Positions 35,445 to 46,525 of a stretch of 46,826 nucleotides of DNA are shown here, piece after piece. The number at the start of each line of letters is the position of its first letter. Position 1 is the stretch's first letter. The notes below the pieces were generated by a model. The model made no database searches. It worked only from the letters and a program-made list of their open reading frames with translations, and had not been told where the DNA came from. The DNA is from Octopus sinensis. Lineage: Eukaryota. Where the stretch lies: positions 1 through 46,826 of the forward strand of contig NW_021834608.1 in the NCBI RefSeq assembly GCF_006345805.1, written 5' to 3'. Both the position numbers and the translations under genes were made by a program.

Positions 35445-36790
35445 AAGGGGACTTGTATGGACTGGAAGGTCGTGTCCGCAGTATTACCGACCAGACCGTC
35501 CTCCTCGAGACCATGCACGGAGAACTGACCGTGATTTTGACTGTTTTGACATACCAGGACAAGACAGTGGAAGTACATATATCAGAACTGAGCAAACTAA
35601 TCAAGATTGGAGACTCAGTGAAGGTCATTCTAGGGGATTTTGTGGGGGATACTGGCATAGTGTTGCATGTGGATGGACGAAATGTGTTTATCTTATCAGA
35701 CTCCACTCAACGGGAGGTTTTGGGTTGTATATGTCAGTTGGAGACATCTTTGAATGAAATTCAGTTGAGTAGTGAGAGTCGTAGGGGAGTCCTTAGTTCA
35801 GGGATGTTCAAAATTGGGAATTGGTTCAAATCGAGTCAATTGAGTGTTTCATTGGTAGACCGCAGCTTGTGGGGGGCTATAACTCGACTGGAACGTCAAA
35901 ACTTTGTGATTCTTAATCAGTTCGGAAAGGTGGATTTTCAGAGGTGATTTTAGATTGTTAAGAAAAAAGAACAATTCGATAACAGTGAGGAAAGTGAGTG
36001 CCAATGCAGTGACTTTGGACTCGGATAACCAGGCAATAACAGTGGCCAGTTCGATCAAAGTCATCAAAGGGCCTTTGGATGTAAGTATATTACGTAATCA
36101 GTAGAATGAGACGGGAACAGTTACATGTATATACAAGAATTATGTGTTTGTCAAGTCATCCAGTCTGCGACATAATTCTGGGATATTTGTGGTGGTTGGA
36201 CGGAATCTGCGTCGGATGGTTGGTAGTGAGTGTTAGTCGGGGGTTGGACAGTGAGGCACGGAGGAATGCAGTCAAGGGTAAACTGGGTGGTTTTGGGTCT
36301 CCATTCCCGATTGCCTTTCCAATGCACTACGCCACCGCATCTACCAAAGTGGGGTCTCAGAGGAATGTGAGGGATCGTCGTCTTATTGGGAATGCCGTCA
36401 TGATCATTAAAGGACCACTGAAAGGGAATATTGGTATCATTAAGGACGCGAGTGAAAAGACAGCACAAGTTGAGCTTCACTGTAGTTGTCGTACCATCAA
36501 TGTGGATCGTGGCAATTTAATGGCCATTCGTGCCACTAATGATAACTCCTATGATTTGTCCACACAAGAGGGCAAAACGTTGTCGATTACTCCCACTGTG
36601 AGCAATATTCCTGTCCCTGTGGGGGAAGGACTCCTTTATATCCGCAGACCCCGTCCTATCCCCAGACTCCGTCATATCCGCACACACCATCTTATCCACA
36701 AACACCGATGATAGAGACAGAGGGAGGAGCAACCCCTCATCATTTGATGGAGGAGGGCATGTCTAATTCGTATTGGCTGTGTATGTTAAA
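35445..36790 (+). pseudogene. SUPT5H: Transcription elongation factor SPT5, KOW2-KOW5 fragment
   Basis: IGDSVKVILGDFVGDTGIV, GAITRLERQNFVILNQFGKV, ALTLDSDNQ, LIGNAVMIIKGPLKGNIGIIKDASEKTAQVELHCSCRTINVDR. The NGN and KOW1 regions are absent. Confidence 0.9.
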
Positions 36791-37079
36791 TTGTAGAGTT
36801 CAGTCGAGTCCTGCTACATTTGGGAGAATTAATTGGCAGTCCCCATTGGATACTCCATGTTTGTGTTTTGTAATATTGTTGTAGCTCATCTACTATTTGC
36901 TCAAGATTTTGACACCTTATTCTACTGGGTCGGTTTCCTCTAAACAACAGTCTGCAGATCAATAATTAATTTTAATTGTAATTTTCATTTTTTTATTTTT
37001 GTTAAGAACAGTTTCTCTGACTTTTTTTCTTGTGTATTAATTATCTATTTTTAAAAAATTAAGAAAAAAAATTATTCGA

Positions 37080-37230
37080 TTAATGACTGATAGGTTTCGA
37101 TTCGTTGACAAACAACACACCCGATCCTAAACATTTGGTTTGATTTTAAATTGAACAGTAAAGAAAATCCTTGTTCGCAAAAATATGTTGTTGGAAACAA
37201 AATCAAAAAATAAATTATAAATAATCCACT
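37080..37230 (-). mobile_element. hAT Buster/Charlie-type transposase C-terminal fragment
   Basis: LILFPTTYFCEQGFSLL motif. Confidence 0.65.
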
Positions 37231-37642
37231 GTTCCGATATTCCCAGATCATCATTTTGCACGAAAATTTAATTAATAGTGCAGATTTGAATAAGTTTTTG
37301 ACTTGTAAGAATATATTAATTTAATAAATTCTTGGATATTTGAGCATCAACAGAAAAGTCTCACAATATTCACATTATTTCCAAAAGGAACCCTATTTTT
37401 CTGAATTATACTCCTTCACATTTTCATGGCAGATTGTACACTAACTCAGAAACCAGTCTTACATCTAAGAATCAGGGGCGCCATAAAAAATTGCCACAAT
37501 ATAACTATCATAGATAGAAATCAAAAATGTATTCTGTTTGAAAAAAGCAATCAACTCCATCGTCAATATCGGCACCTTTTATCTTTTAAAATAAGGAAAA
37601 TAACAAAATGTCGAGTTATTAATTTAGTATATTGAGTCATTA

Positions 37643-37815
37643 TGCTCACCGAAAAAGGACCAATAGCTCTCCTACCCCCTGGGACATCGTCGTCGCAGGA
37701 CGATGCACTTTGCATAGGATTGAACCTTTCCGGAGGATCTCCGTCGAAGTGCGTCGGGATCACACGCTAATTAGTTTGGTCTTAACTGTGGTCTTATGGT
37801 TAAATAAATAAATTA
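37643..37815 (+). repeat. 5'-truncated second copy of the 13740-14135 repeat family
   Basis: Shared blocks ACCGAAAAAGGAC, CCCTGGGACATCGTCGTC, AGGATTGAACCTTTC, AGGATCTCC and GTTTGGTCTT, followed by a (TAAA)n tail. Confidence 0.75.
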
Positions 37816-37849
37816 ATTAATTTACAAATAAGTTTATTGAAAAGATAAG

Positions 37850-39780
37850 GATAGTTTTAATTATTTTTGATCTGATAAATTATTGGAAACAATACGAGTA
37901 ATTAGTTTATTCCATTTCCCACGATCTTGGGCGACGTCCCGTAGTGCATTGAGATCGTCCCCGTCCTTCAATTCTTAACCAGCCCTCTTTAGGTCTCTAT
38001 CTAGCGTACCCGGGAGAGTATTTCTTGGTCGCCCACGGAAACGATGATCCCCAGCTTCGAAATAGTCCTCCATAGCGGCGTTTGCCGGTGCATCCAAATC
38101 CATCCTTAGAATATGTCCAAACAGCCTCCATCTGCATTCGGTAATTTCGAGTGAGATTGGTTTGCTTGATGTTCTGGCATAAACTGTTCTGCTACTCAGC
38201 CTTGAATGCCACTTGGAGTACGTCGGAGGTGATCTCTATGGAAAGAGTCTAGGTTGTCTTTGTCTGTAGCGGAAAGTCCCCAAGTTCCGGCGTTATATAG
38301 GAGTATTGGCTTCACTAGTGAATTGTATAGTCGTATCCGTGTTTTTGTGCTGAGTCCTTTGCGTTTTAGCCAATTTTCCTTTAAGCTGCGTAGTGCACTG
38401 TTTGCATGTGTTTTCCGAATAATCACGTCTTGTTCGTCTCCCAATAGAGATCCGAGTTTCTTTACTTTTCTCCAATGTTCGTCCAGCTTAGACTTCTGTC
38501 TTGCTAGTTCAGTAAATTCTGTTTTCTCCACATTTACAATGAGGAACCACTCAGCAAGTATATTTGGCATCACCTCCAATAGGCTTTCCACTCCCTTGTC
38601 CCGGCACAATTTCTGTGAGGGCACGGTGGTGATGTTTTAGGCCCTGTAACCCCGAGGTTTCTTTTCAAGATTTCATTAAATGGGGCGATGAGTAGTTGTT
38701 CGTTCGGTCCTTGTAGTGCTTTTCGGAAACGATCTTGAGTTTTCTCGATTTTAACGCGGTTCGTTCCACTGATAACCCTCCCCCCCCCAGAGTTTGGGGA
38801 ATGGTTGATTTGGTTCCACACTTCCCAAATACGTATCAAGCAGGCATTTCCTATAGTTATCTCCCATTTGTTGTATTGAGAGTCCAATTAGGTCGAGTAT
38901 TCCTTCCTAAGGATATCCTGCCTCCCTTTGATATTTGTTTTGTTTTTGTTTAGATGTTTATTCTTGCAATGACCATTTTGTGGTCACTGTCAATGTTTGA
39001 CCACCATATGACCTTGCGTCAGTAAAAAGAGCTTTGCCTTTAGATCGATAGATCATATAATCTACCTGGTTGTAAATGTTTATAAATTCGCCGTATAAAT
39101 TCTTCCTAAACCCCGTCCAAGTAGTTTTGTGTCTTGCAGGGTGCATGAATGCAGTGTTGTAAATGAATAGACCGTTTGCCTGACAAAAATCGGCAAGTAA
39201 TGTTCCTGCCACGTTCCTTATTCCCCTCTCGTGTTTTCTCATAGAGGTTTCATCTGGGTTTCTTCGTAATCCCACTTTGGCGTTAAGGTCGCCAGCAATG
39301 ATAGTTATTGACGAGTGAACAAGTTCAGAATAAGCTTCAGACAGACAAGAGTAGAACAAGTCTATCTTAGTGGGGTCTTTTTCAATCCATCCACTGTGGG
39401 GTGCGTATACGTTTATAACGGATAGTAAGCTTTTAGATGGGCAAAGCTTATTCATGCTGATCTGAAGTACACATCAAATCCGATCATTTATGCTCAACAG
39501 CGATGAACCATTGGTTTTAATTCCTTCTTTATTACAAATCCTTGGCCAAAGTGTCTGCATTCACTTCGGAATAAGATGAAGTGATAGCCCGACAGTTCCT
39601 CTTCTAATCCCCCATGCAGTTTTGTCTCCTGTAAACATCCAACAGAGACTTTGTATCTTTTCAGATCTTCGCACAATGCTGTTCTTTTCCAAGATTTAGC
39701 GATTCCTCTGACATTAAACGAGAGTTGCGAAAAGGTGTTAGTTTCCTGCTTTTTAGACTCCATCTTTAAAGAACCCACGT
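37850..39780 (-). mobile_element. RTE-like LINE (copy 3) with RT core deleted
   Basis: APE pieces MESKKQ...SFNVRG...GCLQETK, VINVYAPHSG, IAGDLNAKVG, YNQVDY. Jump at ~38620-38640 to WFLIVNVEKTEF...LGSLLGD...RLYNSLVKPILLY, then WRLFGHILRM...RGRPR and a stop near 37860. Confidence 0.9.
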
Positions 39781-39884
39781 CACAAGTTCAATCGAAAAAG
39801 TAAAAAAAATTATTTCTGAATAATATTGGAAAATCTAAGAAAATTAAAATTGCGTTCGTACGATTAAATTAAACCTTGATCTAG

Positions 39885-40774
39885 CAGCGGTTCTCAACCG
39901 TGGTCCCCGGGGACCACTAGTGGTCCAGAAAATTTTAGTGGTCCCCAGGAATTTTCAAAAAATAAAAATATTAAAGTTAAAACTATTGTACAATTAAGTA
40001 TAAATCAAAACATTGAAATTAATCAAGCGGTTCTCAATCGTGGTCCCCAGAAAATTTTTAGTGGTCCCCAGGAATTTTCGAAAAATAACAATTATAATTT
40101 AAACTAATGTACAATAAGTATAAATCAAAACATTGAAATTAATCTGATTTGATTAGCGTAGTTTTATCATTCTAGTTATGGTTAACAAGAATCGTCGTCT
40201 TTGGTCGGATTCTTACGTACAATTTGGATTCACTAAATTCATTGCCCCAAAATAATGAATAAAGGCAAAATGCATGATTTGCCATAAAATTTTGGGAAAC
40301 ATTCACTGAAACCTTCTCAACTTAGGCGCCACAAAGAGTCTGTACACCCATAAATTCTTCCTCACATGAATATTTTAAAGTCAAAAGAACGAAGTTTGAT
40401 TCACAGTCAAAGCTTGAGTGGTTTAATAAATTTCAAGATAAACCGAGATTAGAAGCATCATATGCTGTAATTTTAATTTATATCTAAAACTACGGGTACA
40501 AGATGATATGCGAGTAGCTTTGTCGAACATAGAGCCTGATATAAATAAAATTATTCTGAGCAAACAAGATCAGAAATCTCACTAATTACTATTAAATTTT
40601 CCGTTATTTTTCATATGTTCATGTATTTTTATAATAAATATTCGAACAGTCTAAACCTGGCCCTGACGAGGCAAAAATTGTGCGCTAATACTAAAAATGT
40701 TTATTTATTTAAGGTGGTCCCACAAAATTTTATAGTGCAAAAGTGCCCCAGTCTAAAAAGGTTGAGAACCGCTG
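39885..40774 (+). mobile_element. Internally deleted hAT Buster-type element (890 bp)
   Basis: Perfect 15-bp TIRs CAGCGGTTCTCAACC; ATCTAG present in both flanks. Residual N-terminus (WSDSYVQFGF...CMICHKIL...LKPSQLRRH) is joined to a C-terminus (ALSNIEPDI...KQDQKSH*). Confidence 0.9.
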
Positions 40775-40859
40775 ATCTAGAGGTTCAACAAACAACGTTG
40801 TATCCCGTGGTAAAGATGATATTTAATTTTGGTTTAATTTAATTAAAACTCAATGTAAA

Positions 40860-41360
40860 TGTTATAAAATTCACCTTATGCGCATTGCATTTATCTACTA
40901 CAAGCAAAATTTTTCTATTATACTTCCCGAATTCTATTTTCTATTTCAAAAAAATTGATTAAAATTCGGCAATCCATCCATGCTTTTTAAGAATTAGAAT
41001 ATGTGACATATTTTTTAATAGCAAAACTTTTGAAACGTTTATAATTTTTAAATATCCCGATTAATAAGGGTGCTCGTTTATCCATACCATCCACATTTGT
41101 ACATAACATGACTAAAACTCTGTTTTTTAATACTTTATAGCCCGATTTAAGATTTTTAGAAACACTTTTGGACGGTATCATTTTGTAAAATAAGCCAGTT
41201 TCGTCGACATTATAAACATTTTGAACACCTTAGAGGTCAATTTTATTTTTAATTAATTTAATAAAATTTAGGGTCAAAATTTAAAGTTGGAGATTTTCCA
41301 TGCATATTTTGTAACTTCAAACCATTCCTCTTTTTAAATTTGACGAGCCACCTATTACTT
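40860..41360 (-). mobile_element. pogo-type transposase fragment
   Basis: NRWLVKFKKRNGL...HG, NVYNVDETGLFYKMIPSKS, RVLVMLCTNVDG.DK..PLLIG, VVDKCNAH. Confidence 0.75.
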
Positions 41361-41379
41361 TTTAAAATCATTGAATCTT

Positions 41380-42100
41380 CGTTTCAAAGCAAATATTTTG
41401 GCTTTCTTAGTAATAATTTTATTTCTGGACGATAATTCAATTTTGTTTAAAGCAAAGAACATTGCTAATATTTATGGAATTAAAGAGTTTAAAGCCAGCA
41501 ATGGATGGCTAAGTAAGTTCAAGATACGGAACAACTTAAAATTGAGGACTTTACATGGAGAATCAGGATCTACTGCAGTTGATCAAAAACAAGAAATTGA
41601 TGCATTTACTTCTTTGATCTCTGCAAAGATTCAACAATAGAATGCTGAAAACATTTATAACGCTGATGAAACTGGGATTTTTTTTAAATCTATCCCTTCA
41701 AAAAGTGTTTGTCAGAAGGTTTGATATGGACATAAAATCCTTAAAGAACGATTTAATTTTAATTTATTTTTCAGATTTTCTTTGTTGCTATGCTCAAATA
41801 TGACTGGGATAGACAAATTCGTTGGAACTAATCGACACCGTTATTAGAAATATGGCTGAATTAAAAAAAATTATTAAAGATTTTTTTGTTAATTTTTTCC
41901 TTTTAATTTCTTTCGATTCTCTTTGTTTCTTTGCTCAAATATGACTTGGAAGGCTCACTTATGATCGGAAAGTATCGAAAACCGAGATGTTTTTAAAATT
42001 TCAAAATCAAATTTATTGATTATTTCCATTGCTCGCCAAATTCTATTGCTTGCCATTTTTTCTTCGGTCCCGAAAATGGCGAGCACCAGAGGTTTTACTG
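41380..42100 (+). mobile_element. pogo-type transposase fragment with right terminus
   Basis: FKASNGWLSKFKIR...LHGESG, NIYNADETGIFFKSIPSKS; terminus GAGGTTTTACTG|TA at 42100 (reverse complement CAGTAAAACCTC). Confidence 0.8.
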
Positions 42101-42142
42101 TAGTTAAATTAGCTATTCTAACACTATAAAGTATTGTTAAAA

Positions 42143-44601
42143 TCAATTATTTTCATAACAAAATTCAACTTTTTCTGCAAGCATATGTTTAACAATGTCA
42201 ATATGGCATAAATGGCCACAACCAGGGCAGGAATCGTGTTTTGAAAACCACTGGATCATGTGTTCTATGTGTCCACCATGGTTACACTCCTGACACCAAA
42301 CTCCCAACTTGTTCACGGGTCCCTCACTATACTTAGAATTAAGCATCACAACCAAAAACAGCACATAAAACCATATTCACCACAGCTAGAGCATCTTGAA
42401 GACCCCAAATTCATCATTTCACAATGAGACTCGTTTAGACATCGAGGAATATAAGAAGCATGATGCAAACTTAATTCCCCGATCTCTTTATAACCACAAA
42501 ACTTTACAATCTCCGCCTGTTCAATCCAAAGCTCGAATTTTGCCATCAAATCTAAAACATTAAGTTCCAAAAACACCCAAATAATGAAGAATATATCCAA
42601 CAGTTCTATCATGATTCAATTTCCCCCTAAACCACTTTTCGCCCAGTGTGAGTATTGTTATGACTGCAGTCTGAATGTCTCCCTAAATCAATACGATAAA
42701 AAATAACACCATTTCGACAAAATCTTTGACAGTGTCGGTTACATAGCTGATCAGAATATCGTGACTATCAGCAACGTCTTTGGAATATTCAATTTTCGGC
42801 TGGTTTCGTGGAATCAAATACTGATACGAACTGCCACATGTCTCTTCGTCAGGGTCAATCTAACAATCCAAATTTATGTCTCAAATACATTTCCAGGACT
42901 ATCGGGGAAGAAATCAAGCGGATGTTCGTCTGGAATATAATATTCCCGGTCATTCTCTTCTGGGCTATCCACACAAGGACTCTCCTTTTCGATAGTCTCG
43001 TAAATATTTTTCAATATCAACCAAAAGTACGACGCCTACAATATAAATATAAACCAACTGTGTTTCTTTCCAGTTTTTGGCACATCGGAGTTCCTCTGGC
43101 ATAAAGCCGGAATTGGATCGCCGTGGAATTTCAGTTTTTTAGCCAATTCTATAAACCAAGAATTGCAGTCGCTCTAAACCGGTAACTTGTGGTTGTAAAC
43201 TCAACACAAACAATATCACTGCATATACTAGCCTTGCCCCAAAAAGGCTCAATTGAACTCTTTTTCTTTCTAATTGATTTTTTTGAGTGCTAAATTCGTC
43301 AGAGTTGATTTGTAGTGTTTCCTTGAGGTCCGTATTTTACATAAACTAGTGTTCCATCTGATCCTAGTTGAACACAGTTGTTTAATTTATTCATTGATGG
43401 AATCGACGACGGTTTTTGGAGTACAAACCGAGTTAGTCGATAGTTAAACTTCCAGTGAATAATTCGTCGCCATTTCGACCTCTCCATGTAATATCCACTG
43501 AAAAAAGCAACAAAAATACTTGTCGATCTGTCCTGTTGGCTGGAAATCTGAGCATGCGGAGAAAAGGGTTTTTCATATCCCAAAATAAATACTACGAGTT
43601 GAACAAGTCGAAAGTGTCAAAAACTGGGTTCTTCTATAAAAAATATTTATAAAAACGTGATCCTGGTCTCCAACGGACTTTTAGGACGCTTTCAGAACCA
43701 AGATTTATTCGATTGAGTATTTTAGGCTGTGGATCGAAGTCCCATGCCTAAATCTTAAGAAAGACGGTCACATAAACGTGATTTTGACCATCTCCAGCGG
43801 AAAGAATGACATTATAGTCAGCGTGCCAGTCAATTGAGTTTATTCTTCCCATATGTGCTTGAAAATCCCAAATTGGTTTATTAAAACGGCGTAAATCCCA
43901 TATTTTGATCTGTCCGTTGACCATCGCTGTGGCCAAAAAATGTGAACGTGTCTTTTTTGAGAAACGGACGTCGGATATGTCTGACTCGGCATAAATTGAC
44001 TTAGTTGGACGTCTACACCTTCTATCCTAAAAATCTAAAATATAAATATACGAGAATGTTGACTACTCCGTGTTTACGGGCCAGTAATAAATCATTTTTA
44101 TTGAAAGGGTCGAATGTCACGTGTTCGACAATGTGGGTATTTTCAGGCTTTTTAGACGCTAATTTTTTATAAATATTATAGAATATGTTTATTTATTAAC
44201 AAATAAATAATTAATAATCAATTACCGTAACAAGGTGTTCGTGTGTATGGGTGATTGAGGTCCCAGATATAGCAGCTACCACAGTTGTCAAGAGAAGCAA
44301 GGATATTTACTATTAAAAAAACAACAAATTCCTTACAATCTACTTTATTCCAACTCATATCCGTAATATTCTCCGTTGTTTCCGAACTCGTGAAATTGCT
44401 GAGAAGATCGTGAATTTCCTCGGGAAATCCGGTAGACTGGTTGACGGAATATACGGAAAAAACTGGCTTATATATAATAAGGCTACTATTTCGACCTCCA
44501 AGTGCGCAGTGAAACCCTTTCGAGTCGCAGCTGATGACGCTTATACGTCCACGTGTCAATAATTGATATTCTTTACAAGAAAGGTCAAAATCTGGGTCCA
44601 T
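42143..44601 (-). CDS. WDR24: GATOR2 subunit WDR24 (Sea2), apparently full length, with single-base frameshifts
   Basis: N-terminal WD repeats (ATAMVNGQIKIWDLRR...FQAHMGRINSIDWH), mid-region ALCQRNSDV...FWLILKNIY, C-terminal VWCQECNHGGHIEHMIQWF...CPGCGHLC, all matching WDR24. Multi-intron. Confidence 0.85.
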
Positions 44602-44969
44602 GCAAAATAATTTTATATTATTTAAATAATTTTCTTTCGTAAAATAATAAATTTAAAAATTATATTTTTTAATAAAACCATCATTACTTTGTGAATATGA
44701 TTTACTGTATTTTGATTAAATGAATTTATAATTAGTTTTCTTATCAAAATTTGTATCGAAAATCTTAAAAAACAAATATCGATTAAAAAATCGCTTGGTT
44801 TAAAAATACAAAATTGTCAAGTAAATTTAAATAATTTCAAATCTAAATAAAAAAATTCAAAATCGAATACAGCAAAAAGACAAGTTAAATTAGACAAAAT
44901 TGAAATCACTTTTAATTCGAAGACCAGTATTTTCCAATTGTAAAACAGTTTTCAATAGTACTGAGCAAA

Positions 44970-45467
44970 TTAGTACGATCTATTTATGCTTAGCAAATTT
45001 AACCTGTCATAGTCTGTTTGAGAAGTTTTTTTGTTTACTGGCTTTATATAGTAAAAAATAAGACCATAATTAGCTATTACAAGCAAAATAATCAAACAAA
45101 TGAAACATGAATAAATCCAACTTGGCACGGATTTTAAATTCTTACATTCAAAATAGTCCCAAATATTAATTACTGTGTTGATTGAGAGTTGGACGTAGTC
45201 GTAGGTGATTCCACGGTAAACAACAGAGTGACCGCAGTTTTCCACAATCTAGTAGTCAAAGAATACTTAAATGCCATTTTTCCTCTAATTTTTTGCACTT
45301 TAAAAAGCTTTTTTGCAATCAATGCAAATGCTAAAAGGACGATAATATTTTCCAGCACAATCCATGAAGGACCCCAACTCTCGGCAGTAGTTTACAAGAT
45401 GCTTGTTACATGTCGATTTATCAGAACTGAGTGCATAGCCTATTAAAACGATCGTCAAGACAAGCAT
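44970..45467 (-). pseudogene. OSTM1: Compact OSTM1-like single-pass membrane protein (interrupted)
   Basis: Signal peptide MLVLTIVLIGYALS; C...L..YC.....MDC...YRPFSICIDC...F and CGHSV...DYVQL...IWDYFECKN fit the OSTM1 Cys pattern (ARPVRLC..C; W..ANC). TM helix and short tail. In-frame TAA at 45300-45302. Confidence 0.65.
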
Positions 45468-45890
45468 TGTGGTAAAGTTTTGAAATATTTACTTTTGATG
45501 GTGGAATAACATTGGTCACAAACACGTTGATTTTTCGAAGCAGCTGCCAACTGAAGTCTACCTGTAGTACACGCAGCACAGAATATGGTTCCACAACAAT
45601 GATGCTACCCGATTAACTACTCCTCTAACCTTCCTTACTGTCAGAGAAAAAACTATTTTACAATTAGCACACAGTCGACAATCCTTATCCAAATGCCACT
45701 GAGTGTTGGATACTCGATTGGCGATTATCTAAATGTCTTGGTTACTCCATGTACCTGAAGGGACGAGTTTTCCGAGGCCAATTCACAGATTCTGGTGGTC
45801 AGATCAACGCTTTTGAGTTTCATTGCTAAAAACTGTTCTCTGGTCTTTTCGTCCCGTTCTTCAATCTTGAGATACCAGAGATTCCTTATA
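45455..45890 (-). pseudogene. Coiled-coil plus C-terminal FYVE protein fragment (RUFY/EEA1-like)
   Basis: WHLDKDCRLCANCKIVFSLTVRK|HHC--CGTIFCAAC...RVCDQC; 25-nt intron after RK; 5' end cut by a transposon terminus. Confidence 0.75.
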
Positions 45891-45896
45891 TTAATA

Positions 45897-45945
45897 CAGT
45901 GAATACCCCCAAATTCGCCAATTCTGAAATTCGCCACAATTTTTT
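45897..45945 (+). mobile_element. Tc1/pogo-type transposon terminus
   Basis: TA|CAGTGAATACCCCCAAATTCGCCAATTCTGAAATTCGCCAC; subterminal motif resembles that at 841-894. Confidence 0.6.
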
Positions 45946-46100
45946 AAAATTTTTAAATAAAAAATAAAAAAATATGGATAAATAATACATTTTTTAAAAG
46001 TTCTTGTTCAAGTTCGAAAAAAGACATGAATTCCGTCTGAGAAAATTGCATGGGCAGGTGAAAACTGATAAAAAAAAACGTTAACATGAAGGATTTTTAA

Positions 46101-46180
46101 ATGAATTTCAAAATTTATCCAAGTCCTATACTATCGATGGAAATACTATGAATTTCAAAATTTATCCAAGTCCTATACTA
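46101..46180. repeat. 33-bp direct repeat pair
   Basis: ATGAATTTCAAAATTTATCCAAGTCCTATACTA at 46101-46133 and 46148-46180. Confidence 0.9.
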
Positions 46181-46422
46181 ACCAGTCAGTCAACACACAA
46201 ACAACCTTCTTTCTCGTTTGTTTGAATTTGTAGTTTGTCTAAGCTTATTTTGAATGAATTTGTTTGATTGTGTCAGCTCAAAGTTTAATTTTGTGATTGA
46301 ATTGCAATTTTTTGTCAATTTTTTGCTGTAAATCAGCATTTTGTATTAAAAGGCAGTCAATCTCCTGTTTTCTAGATATATGGACAGCGTCGGCTTGGTT
46401 TAATTAGTTCTAAGTATAGGGG

Positions 46423-46525
46423 TTTTCGGATCAATATAATAATTTTTCGAACCAATATAACTTTTCGAATCATATAATAATTTTCGAATCAATATAATAA
46501 TTTTTTCGAATCAATATAATAATTT
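46423..46525. repeat. About 20-bp tandem repeat, roughly 5 degenerate copies
   Basis: TTTTCGAATCAATATAATAA units. Confidence 0.85.

Noticed and set aside
37426-37485. MADCTLTQKPVLHLRIRGA resembling a ubiquitin-like C-terminus
   Set aside because: Too short and lacks the rest of the fold and the GG end; unsupported without a search.
37716-37740. GGATTGAACCTTTCCGGAGGATC resembling the SSU rRNA 3' end
   Set aside because: Only partial similarity and no flanking rRNA helices; it is part of the dispersed repeat shared with ~14030-14055.
39900-39930. Palindrome plus CTAG suggesting a Helitron 3' end
   Set aside because: It lies inside the hAT left subterminal region (TGGTCCCC motifs) and lacks the normal hairpin-to-CTAG spacing.
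841-45945. Similar termini at 894 and 45897 as the two ends of one giant transposon carrying the window
   Set aside because: They point outward (elements lie left of 894 and right of 45897) and differ in sequence, so they cannot enclose the interval.
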